Of a stretch of DNA of 64,000 bases, positions 45,732-54,897 are shown one piece after another. The DNA is from Escherichia phage vB_EcoM_CRP22. A model generated the notes under the pieces. It did not search any database, was not told the DNA's origin, and was given only the letters and a program-made list of their open reading frames with translations. Position numbers and translations under genes: made by a program. The first letter of the stretch is position 1; each line of letters starts with the position of its first letter. The stretch lies in sequence record OQ708377.1; one strand, given 5' to 3'.

Positions 45732-47513
45732 ATGACTAAATCACTTTATGCAGTACCAGCAGGTCTTAATGCAGATGCTTACAAGGCATCACATATATAT
45801 CAGTATCCAGATGCTACACAGTATCTTATGTTGAACCTGACACCACGTAGTGATAAATGGTTTAACAGCCCTTTAGCCATTGACGGTGTAGTTGCTTTTG
45901 GTATTCAACGTTTTGTTAAAGATTACCTGATAGACCACTGGAATGCCACCTTCTTCGAACGTGACAAAAAAGAAGCAATTGACGAAATCTTAGAAGTCAT
46001 GAACGGTGTTCTGGGTAAAGATGCTATCGGTAGAGAACATTGGGAAGCACTTCACGACTTAGGTTATCTACCAGTTGAAGTATACGCTGTAGAAGAAGGC
46101 ACAGTTGTCCCTATGCGTGTACCAATGATTGTCTTCCAGAACACTGTTTCAGGTTTCCATTGGGTAGCGGGGTATCTGGAAGATGCTTTCTCTGCTGAGA
46201 TTTGGAAGGCTTGTACCATTGCAACTATTGCATTGCACTACAAACGTATCTGTAAGAAGTGGTCTGACCTTACTTGTGACAACGACTTGCATTTGCCTTA
46301 TCAGTGCCATGATTTTGCTATGCGTGGTATGTCCGGCTTTACTGATGACGCATTTAACGCTGTAGGACACTTAACCAGCTTTAAAGGGACTGATAGCTTC
46401 CCTGCTGTATATACAGCTAAACGCATCTACGGTCAGTCCTACCCAATCTCTGATATTGGTAGCTCTGTACCCGCCACTGAACACTCTGTAATGTGTGCAA
46501 ACATTGCTTGGGAAGGTGGTAATGAGTTGATTGAAGAAGAAAGACGCTTTAAAGGTGAGTTACAAACCTTCCGTCGTTTCTTAACAGAAACTTACCCAAC
46601 TGGTATTGCAAGTGTTGTTTCAGACACTTATAACTTCTGGAGAACTGTGTCAGAAATTTTACCAGCACTTCGTAAAGAAATTATGGAACGTGATGGCAAA
46701 CTGGTAATTCGTCCTGACTCTGGAGACCCTGTACATATTATCACAGGTTATAAAGCAATCCACTTAGAATGTGCTAAGAAGGCTTATTACGAGCACCTAA
46801 GCAAGCTGGAAGCCAGTGACACAATGCTGAATGCTGTTCTGAACATGAAGCTTGAAAACATCAACTATGGTATTGCTGGATGGCTACTGTCAGAAGGCTA
46901 CGAGATGGTTGTTGACAGAGAAGACTTTGAAGTTGCTGATACAGTGCTGTTGAAAAACGCTTATATGGTTGGCTCTGCAAACGTTGTAACACGTCCTGTA
47001 GCAGAGATTGATGGGGCTATTAAGACCTTGTATAACATCTTTGGAGGGACTATCAACTCTAAAGGCTTTAAGGTACTGGATGAGCACATTGGCCTCATCT
47101 ATGGTGACTCTATCACGCTGGAACGTGCAAACGAAATCCTGAAGCGTTTGTATGAAATGGGTTTTGCAAGCTCTAACGTAGTGTTTGGTGTAGGCTCTTA
47201 CACTTACCAGTATATGACTCGTGACACCTTTGCATTTGCTGTTAAAGCAACTCTTGCAAGTATTGGTGGCAAAGAGATTATGCTTGCAAAAGACCCTAAA
47301 ACAGACAGTGGTGTTAAGAAGTCTGCTTTTGGTGGTGTAGCACCTATGTGGGATGGCGATAAGCTGAAAGCTGTAGATGGCTATGGATTCCAGAGCTTTG
47401 CAGATGTGCTTGAACATCCAGCTTGTGCTTTACGTTTAGTCTTTAGTGACTCTGAGCAGTTCGGTTACACAACTCTTGGTGATATTCGAAATAATATTGA
47501 CAAGCAGCTTTAA
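45732..47513 (+). CDS. nicotinamide phosphoribosyltransferase-family protein (NadV/NAMPT-like; candidate Namat)
   Basis: About 594 aa from ATG 45732 (MTKSLYAVPAGLNADAYK...), N-terminus and length typical of NAMPT/NadV family (recalled); preceded by GAGAGAG. Confidence 0.7.
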   Translation: MTKSLYAVPAGLNADAYKASHIYQYPDATQYLMLNLTPRSDKWFNSPLAIDGVVAFGIQRFVKDYLIDHWNATFFERDKKEAIDEILEVMNGVLGKDAIGREHWEALHDLGYLPVEVYAVEEGTVVPMRVPMIVFQNTVSGFHWVAGYLEDAFSAEIWKACTIATIALHYKRICKKWSDLTCDNDLHLPYQCHDFAMRGMSGFTDDAFNAVGHLTSFKGTDSFPAVYTAKRIYGQSYPISDIGSSVPATEHSVMCANIAWEGGNELIEEERRFKGELQTFRRFLTETYPTGIASVVSDTYNFWRTVSEILPALRKEIMERDGKLVIRPDSGDPVHIITGYKAIHLECAKKAYYEHLSKLEASDTMLNAVLNMKLENINYGIAGWLLSEGYEMVVDREDFEVADTVLLKNAYMVGSANVVTRPVAEIDGAIKTLYNIFGGTINSKGFKVLDEHIGLIYGDSITLERANEILKRLYEMGFASSNVVFGVGSYTYQYMTRDTFAFAVKATLASIGGKEIMLAKDPKTDSGVKKSAFGGVAPMWDGDKLKAVDGYGFQSFADVLEHPACALRLVFSDSEQFGYTTLGDIRNNIDKQL

Positions 47514-47526
47514 AAGTATATGATAA

Positions 47527-47550
47527 GAGGCTCCTACGGGAGCCTTTTTA
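47527..47550 (+). terminator. rho-independent terminator
   Basis: aggctcctacgggagcct hairpin plus TTTTT. Confidence 0.65.
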
Positions 47551-47566
47551 ATTTCTGGAGAATACT

Positions 47567-47902
47567 ATGAAAATCAAAGAAATGAACATCAATGTTGTCT
47601 TAGAAGAACGCTGGGAGAACATCAAGAAGCCTGAAAATGGTCATAAGTTCCTCAACAAAATCTTAGTAGCAGCTAAAGAAGAACTGACTGGCAAGGTTGC
47701 AGCAGCAATCACAATAAAGGTCTGTGTAAAAGGTCTTCCAGACAATCACCAATTTGCACTTGACGAGTTTAAAGAAAGCTTCTACAATCCAAACAAACAG
47801 ATGCTTGAAAGTAACTTTGCAGTATCTACAAGCATCGTTCATGACAGAAGCTTTATCCTTTACAAGAATATGAGAGGTGAGTCATGCAAGCATATTGGAT
47901 AG
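47567..47902 (+). CDS. hypothetical protein
   Basis: 111-aa ORF. Confidence 0.3.
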   Translation: MKIKEMNINVVLEERWENIKKPENGHKFLNKILVAAKEELTGKVAAAITIKVCVKGLPDNHQFALDEFKESFYNPNKQMLESNFAVSTSIVHDRSFILYKNMRGESCKHIG

Positions 47903-48060
47903 AAATTTTACTGTCACTTGGTAGTGTAGCAGTGTTTGTTTACCTTCTTTGTAAGTACTTTGCAGAACACAAAAAATGTGACTACTGTAACGGAGAGGGG
48001 TACATAAGGGCAGGTTGTTGCCCTATGTGTGGTGGTTCTGGTAAAATGTTTAATAAGTAA
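47884..48060 (+). CDS. small membrane-anchored DnaJ-type zinc-finger protein (58 aa)
   Basis: N-terminal hydrophobic helix then two CxxCxGxG repeats (CDYCNGEG, CPMCGGSG); below ORF-track cutoff. Confidence 0.4.
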   Translation: MQAYWIEILLSLGSVAVFVYLLCKYFAEHKKCDYCNGEGYIRAGCCPMCGGSGKMFNK

Positions 48061-48088
48061 TTTAACAGTAAACTAAGAGGAAAGTATT

Positions 48089-50455
48089 ATGCGCATGGTA
48101 AATGACCACGCAGAAGTGATTAAAAGTTCAACTTCTTTAGAGACATCTCAAGCACAGATTACAATGACACCTGAAATGTTCAGCCTTTTGAGTTCTGGTG
48201 TATATACATTTAAAGAGCGAGCAGTAATTCGTGAACTGTCATGTAACGCAGTAGATGCTCAGAAAGAAGCTGGAAAAGAGAACATCCCGTTCCATGTGCA
48301 TTTACCTACTCGTTTTGAGCCTTACTTTGAAGTTCGTGATTTTGGAACTGGATTGACTCATGATAAAGTTATGAGTTTGTATCTAAACTACGGGGCTTCT
48401 ACGAAGAATGACTCTAATGACTACATTGGTGCAATGGGTATCGGCTCAAAATCTCCATTTGCAATTGCTCAGTCATTCACAGTATCTAGCTATGTTGATG
48501 GTGTTGTTAATAAGTACTCTGTTTACCTTGAGAATGGTATCCCTCAAGTAACTAAGCTGACCACCAACCCAACAAAAGAACCTAATGGTTTAGCTGTACG
48601 TGTAGCAGTTGCTGACCATCGTATCTCAAAGTTCTTTGAAGAGGCTGGTCACGTATACTCATACTTTGCTGTAAAACCAGAAAGTAATATCGAGTATGAC
48701 GATGTATTAGCAGATATGAATGTCATTGCCCGTGAAGAAGGTGTTTATGATGCTATGATTCATAAGCAAAGCTGGCGTTCTAGTGGCAACAGGATAGAGT
48801 TTAATGTGGTAATGGGTAATATTGCCTACCCAGTGAACATGGAAGCATTACTTGGTGATGATTTCTTCAAAGTCTTGCCAGAGTTTTTCCGTAGGAGCAT
48901 AGACCTTGTAAACATCTACATGCCTATTGGTTCAGTGGCTATTGCAGCTTCTCGTGAAGCATTGCAGATGAATGACACGACAAAAAATGTTATCATTGAG
49001 GCTACTAAAAAGATAACTGAAGCCATTACAAAGGATGTTATCAAGAAAGTTAACAGCCAACCTACACTCATGGATGCTGCACAGGCTTATGCTGAGTTAC
49101 GTTTGAACTCACGAGAGATGTTTAATGTTGTGTGTCCAAAGCTAGAGTGGGGAGGCGTTAAGCTTGATTCTCTGGAAGTAGAATTACTAAACATCCGTCG
49201 TGGGATTATCTACGCAGAAGACGGCTCAGTCATTTATGAACGTGACGGTAAAGGTAATATCAAGGTTGATAGGAACGGGAACAATATCCCTAAAGTGGAT
49301 TATCTTTATAATCCAGTTGCTTATGTCAAGTTCAACTCTTTAGAGAGTAAGATTCGTGCAACAGCACTTTCCTACACTCAAGAGGCAAGTATGTTCAATA
49401 TCTTTGGCGCAATGCGTAAAAGTCAAATTGAACAGTTTTTGTTTGTTATAAACGACCGTCGCAATAAAAATGGTACTGAGAAGACTGTAGGACGCAATCA
49501 GATTCTGCGTGGTGCATGTCGAGACTATGCCAGTGAGTCTAGTCTGTTTCACAGATACAATGGTATCGTCTTTGTATTCTCTACCGAGAAAGAGTTAGAC
49601 GACCTAATCAATCTGCACAAACTTGATAAAAGCTTGTTAAAGATTGTGAAGATGTCTGATAAGGAACATCATTATCAGCGTAAAGAAGCTGTAAGAGGTG
49701 TTGTAAAACTCTGGAAAGCTGTTCCAGCAGAAGGTGTAGCTTCATACAAAGAGGTGTCAGAAGACTTAGATACGATTGAAGAGCCTCAGCTTTATATTAA
49801 GGCAGTAGGCGACACAGTTGATGGCGAATGTTTTTGCTCATCTCCAGAAGATGTAGCTAAGTCAGTTGCCAATGTCATTGGGAAGACAGTTTATGTTTTC
49901 CGAAAAGCAAATTGGAAAAAGATACCAGAAGACTGGATTGAAGTAGATGAGAAGCTCTTGAACGATAGCTTAACTGATGTTCACTGGATTAATCATAACA
50001 GGTATATGACACGTATCTATATGAATGGTGTCCTAGACCTGACAAGCAGTTGGATTATTGCCAGAAACTTTACGTTCAATAACAGGAAGATTTCTCGTGG
50101 TTATTGCTATTCACGAGATACAAACAAAACTATCTTCTTAGAAGGTAATGAAGATGCTGTTGAGGCAATGTTTGGAAAAATCCAATACGTTGCTGCACCG
50201 TTTGCATACACTTACACTGTTAGCAGGTTGCAAACTTTGAAAGAATGCCTTGACAACGATACAAAGCTGTACAAGAAAATTAAGAAAGCTGGCGACCGTA
50301 TGGTCATTAAGGTGACAAACTATCTTTCAAAAAGAAAACAAGAAAACTTCTTGCTTTCTCATTTAGATTGGAATAAAGTGTCACCCATCGAAGTGAGTAA
50401 GTTCTTAGGCTTTGATGTGAAGTGTGTCCCAGAAGGGACTACAATTTACGATTAA
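48089..50455 (+). CDS. rIIA: rIIA-like protein with GHKL-type ATPase domain
   Basis: 788 aa; Bergerat-fold motifs: N-box ELSCNAVDA, G1 VRDFGTGLT, G2 GAMGIGSKS. Confidence 0.5.
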   Translation: MRMVNDHAEVIKSSTSLETSQAQITMTPEMFSLLSSGVYTFKERAVIRELSCNAVDAQKEAGKENIPFHVHLPTRFEPYFEVRDFGTGLTHDKVMSLYLNYGASTKNDSNDYIGAMGIGSKSPFAIAQSFTVSSYVDGVVNKYSVYLENGIPQVTKLTTNPTKEPNGLAVRVAVADHRISKFFEEAGHVYSYFAVKPESNIEYDDVLADMNVIAREEGVYDAMIHKQSWRSSGNRIEFNVVMGNIAYPVNMEALLGDDFFKVLPEFFRRSIDLVNIYMPIGSVAIAASREALQMNDTTKNVIIEATKKITEAITKDVIKKVNSQPTLMDAAQAYAELRLNSREMFNVVCPKLEWGGVKLDSLEVELLNIRRGIIYAEDGSVIYERDGKGNIKVDRNGNNIPKVDYLYNPVAYVKFNSLESKIRATALSYTQEASMFNIFGAMRKSQIEQFLFVINDRRNKNGTEKTVGRNQILRGACRDYASESSLFHRYNGIVFVFSTEKELDDLINLHKLDKSLLKIVKMSDKEHHYQRKEAVRGVVKLWKAVPAEGVASYKEVSEDLDTIEEPQLYIKAVGDTVDGECFCSSPEDVAKSVANVIGKTVYVFRKANWKKIPEDWIEVDEKLLNDSLTDVHWINHNRYMTRIYMNGVLDLTSSWIIARNFTFNNRKISRGYCYSRDTNKTIFLEGNEDAVEAMFGKIQYVAAPFAYTYTVSRLQTLKECLDNDTKLYKKIKKAGDRMVIKVTNYLSKRKQENFLLSHLDWNKVSPIEVSKFLGFDVKCVPEGTTIYD

Positions 50456-50460
50456 AGTGT

Positions 50461-50490
50461 TTGACAAGGGGCTTTGAAGCCCCTTAGAAT
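50461..50490 (+). promoter_or_regulatory. sigma70 consensus-like promoter with hairpin in spacer (TTGACA-N18-TAGAAT)
   Basis: TTGACA 50461-50466; spacer aggggctttgaagcccct is itself a hairpin; TAGAAT 50485-50490. Confidence 0.55.
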
Positions 50491-50534
50491 AGCCTTACAA
50501 AATGATTTATTAACTAACAAGAGAGAGTAATAAG

Positions 50535-51644
50535 ATGACTACTAAAACTAAAGCACAGATTGACGCAGAAATTTACAAACTGGTTAAAGAAGGCAAGCTG
50601 ACTAAAACAGCTATTGCACAGAAGTTCAATACTTCAACCCGTTCAGTTGGTCGTGCTGTAGAGCGTCATGAAGCAACCTTAAAGGGTAAGAAAAAGGTAG
50701 CTTCTACACCAGCTACGAAGACTTTGAAGCAAGTTGCTAAGTCAGTTAAAAAGAAAGCTGACAAACCAGTTGAAAAGGTCGTTAAAGAGTCTGTACAGAA
50801 AGCTCCAGTAAATAAACTGCATGAAGCTATGCAGAAAGATGACAAGATTGAGTACATGATTACTGGCGACTCTGTAATTATGACTTACGGTTCAGAATCT
50901 GAAATTGTTGAGTCTACTCATCCGAACTATCAAGAGATTGTAGTTCATGTTGTGAAAGGTGAGTTCAAGAAAGCTTTCGAACTGATGAACATTCGTAAAT
51001 CTATCGAAAACTTCACTCAGGGTGCTATCACAATCAAAGGTGACAAGCTATTCTACGGTGCTGTTGAGATGCGTTCTACTCTGGTTGACCGTATCCTTCA
51101 CATGATGAAGACTGGTGATAAAGGTTTTGAACGACTTGTAATGTTCTTCGAAAAACTGATGGAAAACCCATCTAAAGACTCTGTAGAACAACTTTGGGGA
51201 TTCGTATCTCACCTTGATGTTGAAATTGATGAAGAGGGTTACATCATTGGTTGGAAGAAAGTCTCTACTCGTGAAGGCAAACTGGTTGACTCTCACACCT
51301 ACAAAGTACCTAATGATTTGGGTAACATTGTAGAGATGCCACGTTGGATGGTTGATAACAACCGTAACGTAACTTGCTCTCAAGGTCTTCATGTTGGTGC
51401 TTGGGATTATGTTCGTTGCTTCTCAGGTGATACCATCCTGAAGGTTCGTGTCCATCCACGAGATGTTGTATCTGTTCCAACTGATTACAACGATATGAAG
51501 ATGCGCTCATCCCGTTATGAAGTTGCAGCAATCGTTGATAATCAGCGTAGAGTGCTGAAAGCATGGGACGGTAAGACTGAGGCTTTGCATGTCATCGTTG
51601 GCACTGCTGGTGAACTTATCTCTCAACGGAAACGTGAAATCTAA
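50535..51644 (+). CDS. hypothetical protein (rIIB-like by position only)
   Basis: 369 aa immediately downstream of rIIA-like gene; no motif recognised. Confidence 0.25.
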   Translation: MTTKTKAQIDAEIYKLVKEGKLTKTAIAQKFNTSTRSVGRAVERHEATLKGKKKVASTPATKTLKQVAKSVKKKADKPVEKVVKESVQKAPVNKLHEAMQKDDKIEYMITGDSVIMTYGSESEIVESTHPNYQEIVVHVVKGEFKKAFELMNIRKSIENFTQGAITIKGDKLFYGAVEMRSTLVDRILHMMKTGDKGFERLVMFFEKLMENPSKDSVEQLWGFVSHLDVEIDEEGYIIGWKKVSTREGKLVDSHTYKVPNDLGNIVEMPRWMVDNNRNVTCSQGLHVGAWDYVRCFSGDTILKVRVHPRDVVSVPTDYNDMKMRSSRYEVAAIVDNQRRVLKAWDGKTEALHVIVGTAGELISQRKREI

Positions 51645-51658
51645 TAAGTAATTTCTTA

Positions 51659-51685
51659 AAAGGCTGCTTCGGCGGCCTTTTTTAT
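51659..51685 (+). terminator. rho-independent terminator
   Basis: aggctgcttcggcggcct hairpin plus TTTTTTATTT. Confidence 0.65.
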
Positions 51686-51744
51686 TTGTATTTTGTGCAG
51701 AGTGCTGTATAATTGTTGTCACGATAAACTAAACAGGAGAACCA

Positions 51745-52293
51745 ATGAAGAAGTTGATTCTAGGTTTGTGCTTAATGTTTACAGCACACTTATCTTATGC
51801 AGTTGACTGCCCAGAGCTATCAATTAGCCAAAAAGTAAACATGCTAAAAGCTTACCAGTATGGTGAGAATAATATGGGGAAAGGTTGGGGTATCACTCTA
51901 GCTGCTATAGCCTTACAAGAGTCAGAGTTAGGTCTGAAGGTAGAGAATAAAAAGACCCATGACTATGGTATCTTCCAGAATCACTTGAAGACTGTTGTAA
52001 AGCGTAACAAAATCAGTCCTAATGTGGCTAAAAAGAAACTCTTAAAAGATTTTGACTATGCTGCAAAGGAAACACACAAAGAGCTTGAGTTTTGGACGAA
52101 GGTACATGGTCAACCAAAGTCAAAGAAGACTTTACAAAAAGTTTTAGCATCATATAATGCTGGGTATTCATACAAAATCCCTAAAGCTAAGAAATATTCT
52201 CAAGATGTCTATAACAACATGAAAGTTATTGCTCAATGTGAATTTGCAACAAACATTTCTAAGGTAAATCATGAAAAAATTAAGAAAGTCTGA
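51745..52293 (+). CDS. secreted lytic transglycosylase (SLT domain) candidate
   Basis: Signal peptide MKKLILGLCLMFTAHLSYA; catalytic-type AIALQESELG and YNAG motif (ASYNAGYS). Confidence 0.45.
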   Translation: MKKLILGLCLMFTAHLSYAVDCPELSISQKVNMLKAYQYGENNMGKGWGITLAAIALQESELGLKVENKKTHDYGIFQNHLKTVVKRNKISPNVAKKKLLKDFDYAAKETHKELEFWTKVHGQPKSKKTLQKVLASYNAGYSYKIPKAKKYSQDVYNNMKVIAQCEFATNISKVNHEKIKKV

Positions 52294-52966
52294 TGAAGTA
52301 CTGTGTCATGCTTATGACTTACATCCTCATGAGTTAGGTCTTGATTCCTGTGTATGGACTCCAGAACAGTGTAGGGATTTTGAAGACACCGCAAGAGAAG
52401 TTGTATGTTCACTCGAAGAGTTCCACACATCAGAGACAATTGTGAATGTTGTAGATAAAGAGACTGGGCAAACTATAGGTGTAAGTCGTGACAGCTTAGT
52501 CATAGTCAATAAAGACTTTGTAGAAAAAGGTAACCTTATCTTAGCAGACATTGATGGTGTTCTTACAAATTTTAATCACGAAGATTACTCAACGGAATTG
52601 ATTGATGGGTCATTTTCACAGTACACTAATTTGCTTGACTCTGTAAGAGCAAAACCAACGTATATTTTCAATATTATTGATGCAATTGCTAACCATGCTG
52701 CCATTGGACTCTTGACAGCGAGGGGTGAATCTCAGAGAATACCTACTGAGATGTTTTTAAGGCATTACATAGAGCATGATTACATGCTTTTTATGCGTGG
52801 TTTTGGAACTAACTCTATAAATGCAGAAAGTTTGAAAGTGAGGATGATTCAGTCTTGCATTCTTCCTTACTTTAATATAGTATGCTTTATAGAAGACACA
52901 GAGAAGAATGTGCAGAAGGTGAACAGAATCCTTCCACACATCAAAACCATGTTAGTTAAACATTGA
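52271..52966 (+). CDS. HAD-superfamily hydrolase-like protein
   Basis: 231 aa; motif I-like LADIDGVLT (DxDG[VT]). Confidence 0.3.
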   Translation: MKKLRKSDEVLCHAYDLHPHELGLDSCVWTPEQCRDFEDTAREVVCSLEEFHTSETIVNVVDKETGQTIGVSRDSLVIVNKDFVEKGNLILADIDGVLTNFNHEDYSTELIDGSFSQYTNLLDSVRAKPTYIFNIIDAIANHAAIGLLTARGESQRIPTEMFLRHYIEHDYMLFMRGFGTNSINAESLKVRMIQSCILPYFNIVCFIEDTEKNVQKVNRILPHIKTMLVKH

Positions 52967-52976
52967 GAGAAAACTT

Positions 52977-53441
52977 ATGAACAATATCATTACGGTAGCA
53001 CTGGACGTTACGGCAAACAAATCTGAAGTAGTTCGTAACATTATCAAAAACAACTTTGAGGGTAAAATCTTCCGTGCTGTCAATGTAAAAGCAGACGGTA
53101 ACATCCGAGAGTATCGTGCTCTTCTGAATGTCAAGAAACACGTCAAAGGTGCTGGTTCAACGACTGCACACAAAGAAAACCTGATGACTATCTATGATAT
53201 GGGTATGGCTTCAGAGTTAGGTGCTGAAGGTATCGTTAAAGAAGGTGCTCCGTATCGCTCTTTCAATCTGGAAACTGCTCTTATGCTTTCCTTTACAAGT
53301 GGTTCTAAAACAACTACTTATCTCTTTACTGATGCTGCAACGGTATCTGCTATCAAGGATAGCACCGTCAAAGCTGGGGTAGCTGCTGCTGCAAAAGCTT
53401 CTTCGATGGCTGCGAATGTCCTTGCTAAAGTCCTCGGTTAA
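52977..53441 (+). CDS. hypothetical protein
   Basis: 154-aa ORF. Confidence 0.3.
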   Translation: MNNIITVALDVTANKSEVVRNIIKNNFEGKIFRAVNVKADGNIREYRALLNVKKHVKGAGSTTAHKENLMTIYDMGMASELGAEGIVKEGAPYRSFNLETALMLSFTSGSKTTTYLFTDAATVSAIKDSTVKAGVAAAAKASSMAANVLAKVLG

Positions 53442-53451
53442 GGTTAAGATA

Positions 53452-53477
53452 CAGGCTCCTTCGGGAGCCTTTTTCAT
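53452..53477 (+). terminator. rho-independent terminator
   Basis: caggctccttcgggagcctt hairpin plus TTTT. Confidence 0.65.
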
Positions 53478-53493
53478 TTCAGGAGATTGTTAA

Positions 53494-53841
53494 ATGACAT
53501 TCAAAGAGTTCTGTCAAGCTACTTTCATAATTGTTTTCTTAGTTGGAGCAGGTGTCTGGGGGGGATACTCTTACAGAGACTATCAAGTTGCTGAAGCTGA
53601 GCTAAATAATGAGAAACTAATAAGTGTTGCTAAAGATGCTTATCAGGAAGGTTTAGCCACACTCAGCACCAATTACAAAAATGATTTGAAAGATGTGCTT
53701 GCTAAGAATAAGCACACAAAAGAGGTAATAACATATGAAAAGACTAAGCCAGAGTTTTATAATGTTTGTGTTACTGATAATTATGTCAGGGTGTTCAACG
53801 AACAAAGTGAACAGTACATTCAAAAACTCCCAAGTAAGTGA
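53494..53841 (+). CDS. i-spanin (Rz-like) candidate
   Basis: 115 aa; N-terminal TM (FIIVFLVGAGVWGGY) then coiled-coil-type periplasmic region; overlaps lipoprotein ORF. Confidence 0.45.
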   Translation: MTFKEFCQATFIIVFLVGAGVWGGYSYRDYQVAEAELNNEKLISVAKDAYQEGLATLSTNYKNDLKDVLAKNKHTKEVITYEKTKPEFYNVCVTDNYVRVFNEQSEQYIQKLPSK

Positions 53842-54004
53842 GAGTGACAAGTACACTCAAGAAGAGTCAAGATTCACTGTCAAAGGTAATACTGGTAGTG
53901 ATGTGGCAGCAGCCCTTGAGTTTTATCGTGATGGTTTTTACCAGTGCACAATCAAAGCTAATAACCTTATTGATATGATTTTATTAGGAAACAAACAGCA
54001 ATGA
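53735..54004 (+). CDS. o-spanin (Rz1-like) lipoprotein candidate, overlapped in +1 frame
   Basis: 89 aa; signal and lipobox MKRLSQSFIMFVLLIIMSGC; begins inside Rz-like gene and extends past it; RBS AGAGG. Confidence 0.4.
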   Translation: MKRLSQSFIMFVLLIIMSGCSTNKVNSTFKNSQVSESDKYTQEESRFTVKGNTGSDVAAALEFYRDGFYQCTIKANNLIDMILLGNKQQ

Positions 54005-54270
54005 CAGAGAATGAAGATACTTTCTATGTAGAAGGGTACTTACTGCTACCACGACCAAAAGAAACTTATATGCGGGTTGATTTTTCACCAACCATTATGG
54101 ATAACGTGATGTGCCATATCTTTATGCAAGGTGTCACAGCACAGCTTAAGCATGTTGGTAAAGAGTGCAAAATAAAGGTTGACACTCATCCAGAAATCAA
54201 AGAGAATCACTACACATGGTTCTTACCAGACTCTAAAGAAATCTTAGCAGTTCTTAAAACGAGGAAATGA
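54001..54270 (+). CDS. hypothetical protein
   Basis: 89-aa ORF. Confidence 0.3.
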   Translation: MTENEDTFYVEGYLLLPRPKETYMRVDFSPTIMDNVMCHIFMQGVTAQLKHVGKECKIKVDTHPEIKENHYTWFLPDSKEILAVLKTRK

Positions 54271-54581
54271 TTATGCAATTCCAGCCAACAAATCGTGGAT
54301 TTTCTTATGCAGAATTTAAAGATGCTAAAGGAGAGATTTGTACTTTACAAGAAAGTTCATCATATGAACCATGTATCTGGTTAGGTGCTAAAGAGGTCTC
54401 TGTTCAGTACCTAGATGGTGGCTGGAAAACACTTGATATCCCAGCATTAGTAGGCAAAGATTTTGTAGGTAACCAAAGAATGAAACTCAACCAAGAACAG
54501 GTGAAAGAGTTATTACCATACCTTCAGTACTTTGCTGAGAATGGTGAATTACCAACAGAGGAACTTACAAATGCAGATTAA
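54267..54581 (+). CDS. hypothetical protein
   Basis: 104-aa ORF. Confidence 0.3.
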   Translation: MIMQFQPTNRGFSYAEFKDAKGEICTLQESSSYEPCIWLGAKEVSVQYLDGGWKTLDIPALVGKDFVGNQRMKLNQEQVKELLPYLQYFAENGELPTEELTNAD

Positions 54582-54897
54582 TGGAAGAGACTTTGTAGCC
54601 GTTTACTACGAGAAAGATAAAGAAGTTGGCGTAGCACAAGTATCTTATGGTAATGGTAAGTGGTTGTATGGGACAATCGCAGTAGTCGGAACAAGAAGTG
54701 ATACAAAAACTTTTAAAGATTGTGTTGACCTTCTTGAAGAATCCATCCACAATCATTGGTGTCTGATATGGATGACTGACAACGAAGTGATAGAACGCTT
54801 CAAAAAGATTGGTATCAACATTGATAGTATTGAGCATGTTGATTTATACGAACTAACTGAGAAGGTAAACTATGAGAGTAATACTAGCCAGAGATAA
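54571..54897 (+). CDS. hypothetical protein
   Basis: Start at ATG 54571 (MQINGRDF...) preceded by GAGG. Confidence 0.3.
   Translation: MQINGRDFVAVYYEKDKEVGVAQVSYGNGKWLYGTIAVVGTRSDTKTFKDCVDLLEESIHNHWCLIWMTDNEVIERFKKIGINIDSIEHVDLYELTEKVNYESNTSQR

Noticed and set aside
46890-47417. Minus-strand 175-aa ORF within the NAMPT-like gene
   Set aside because: Antisense to a long CDS with recognisable family features.
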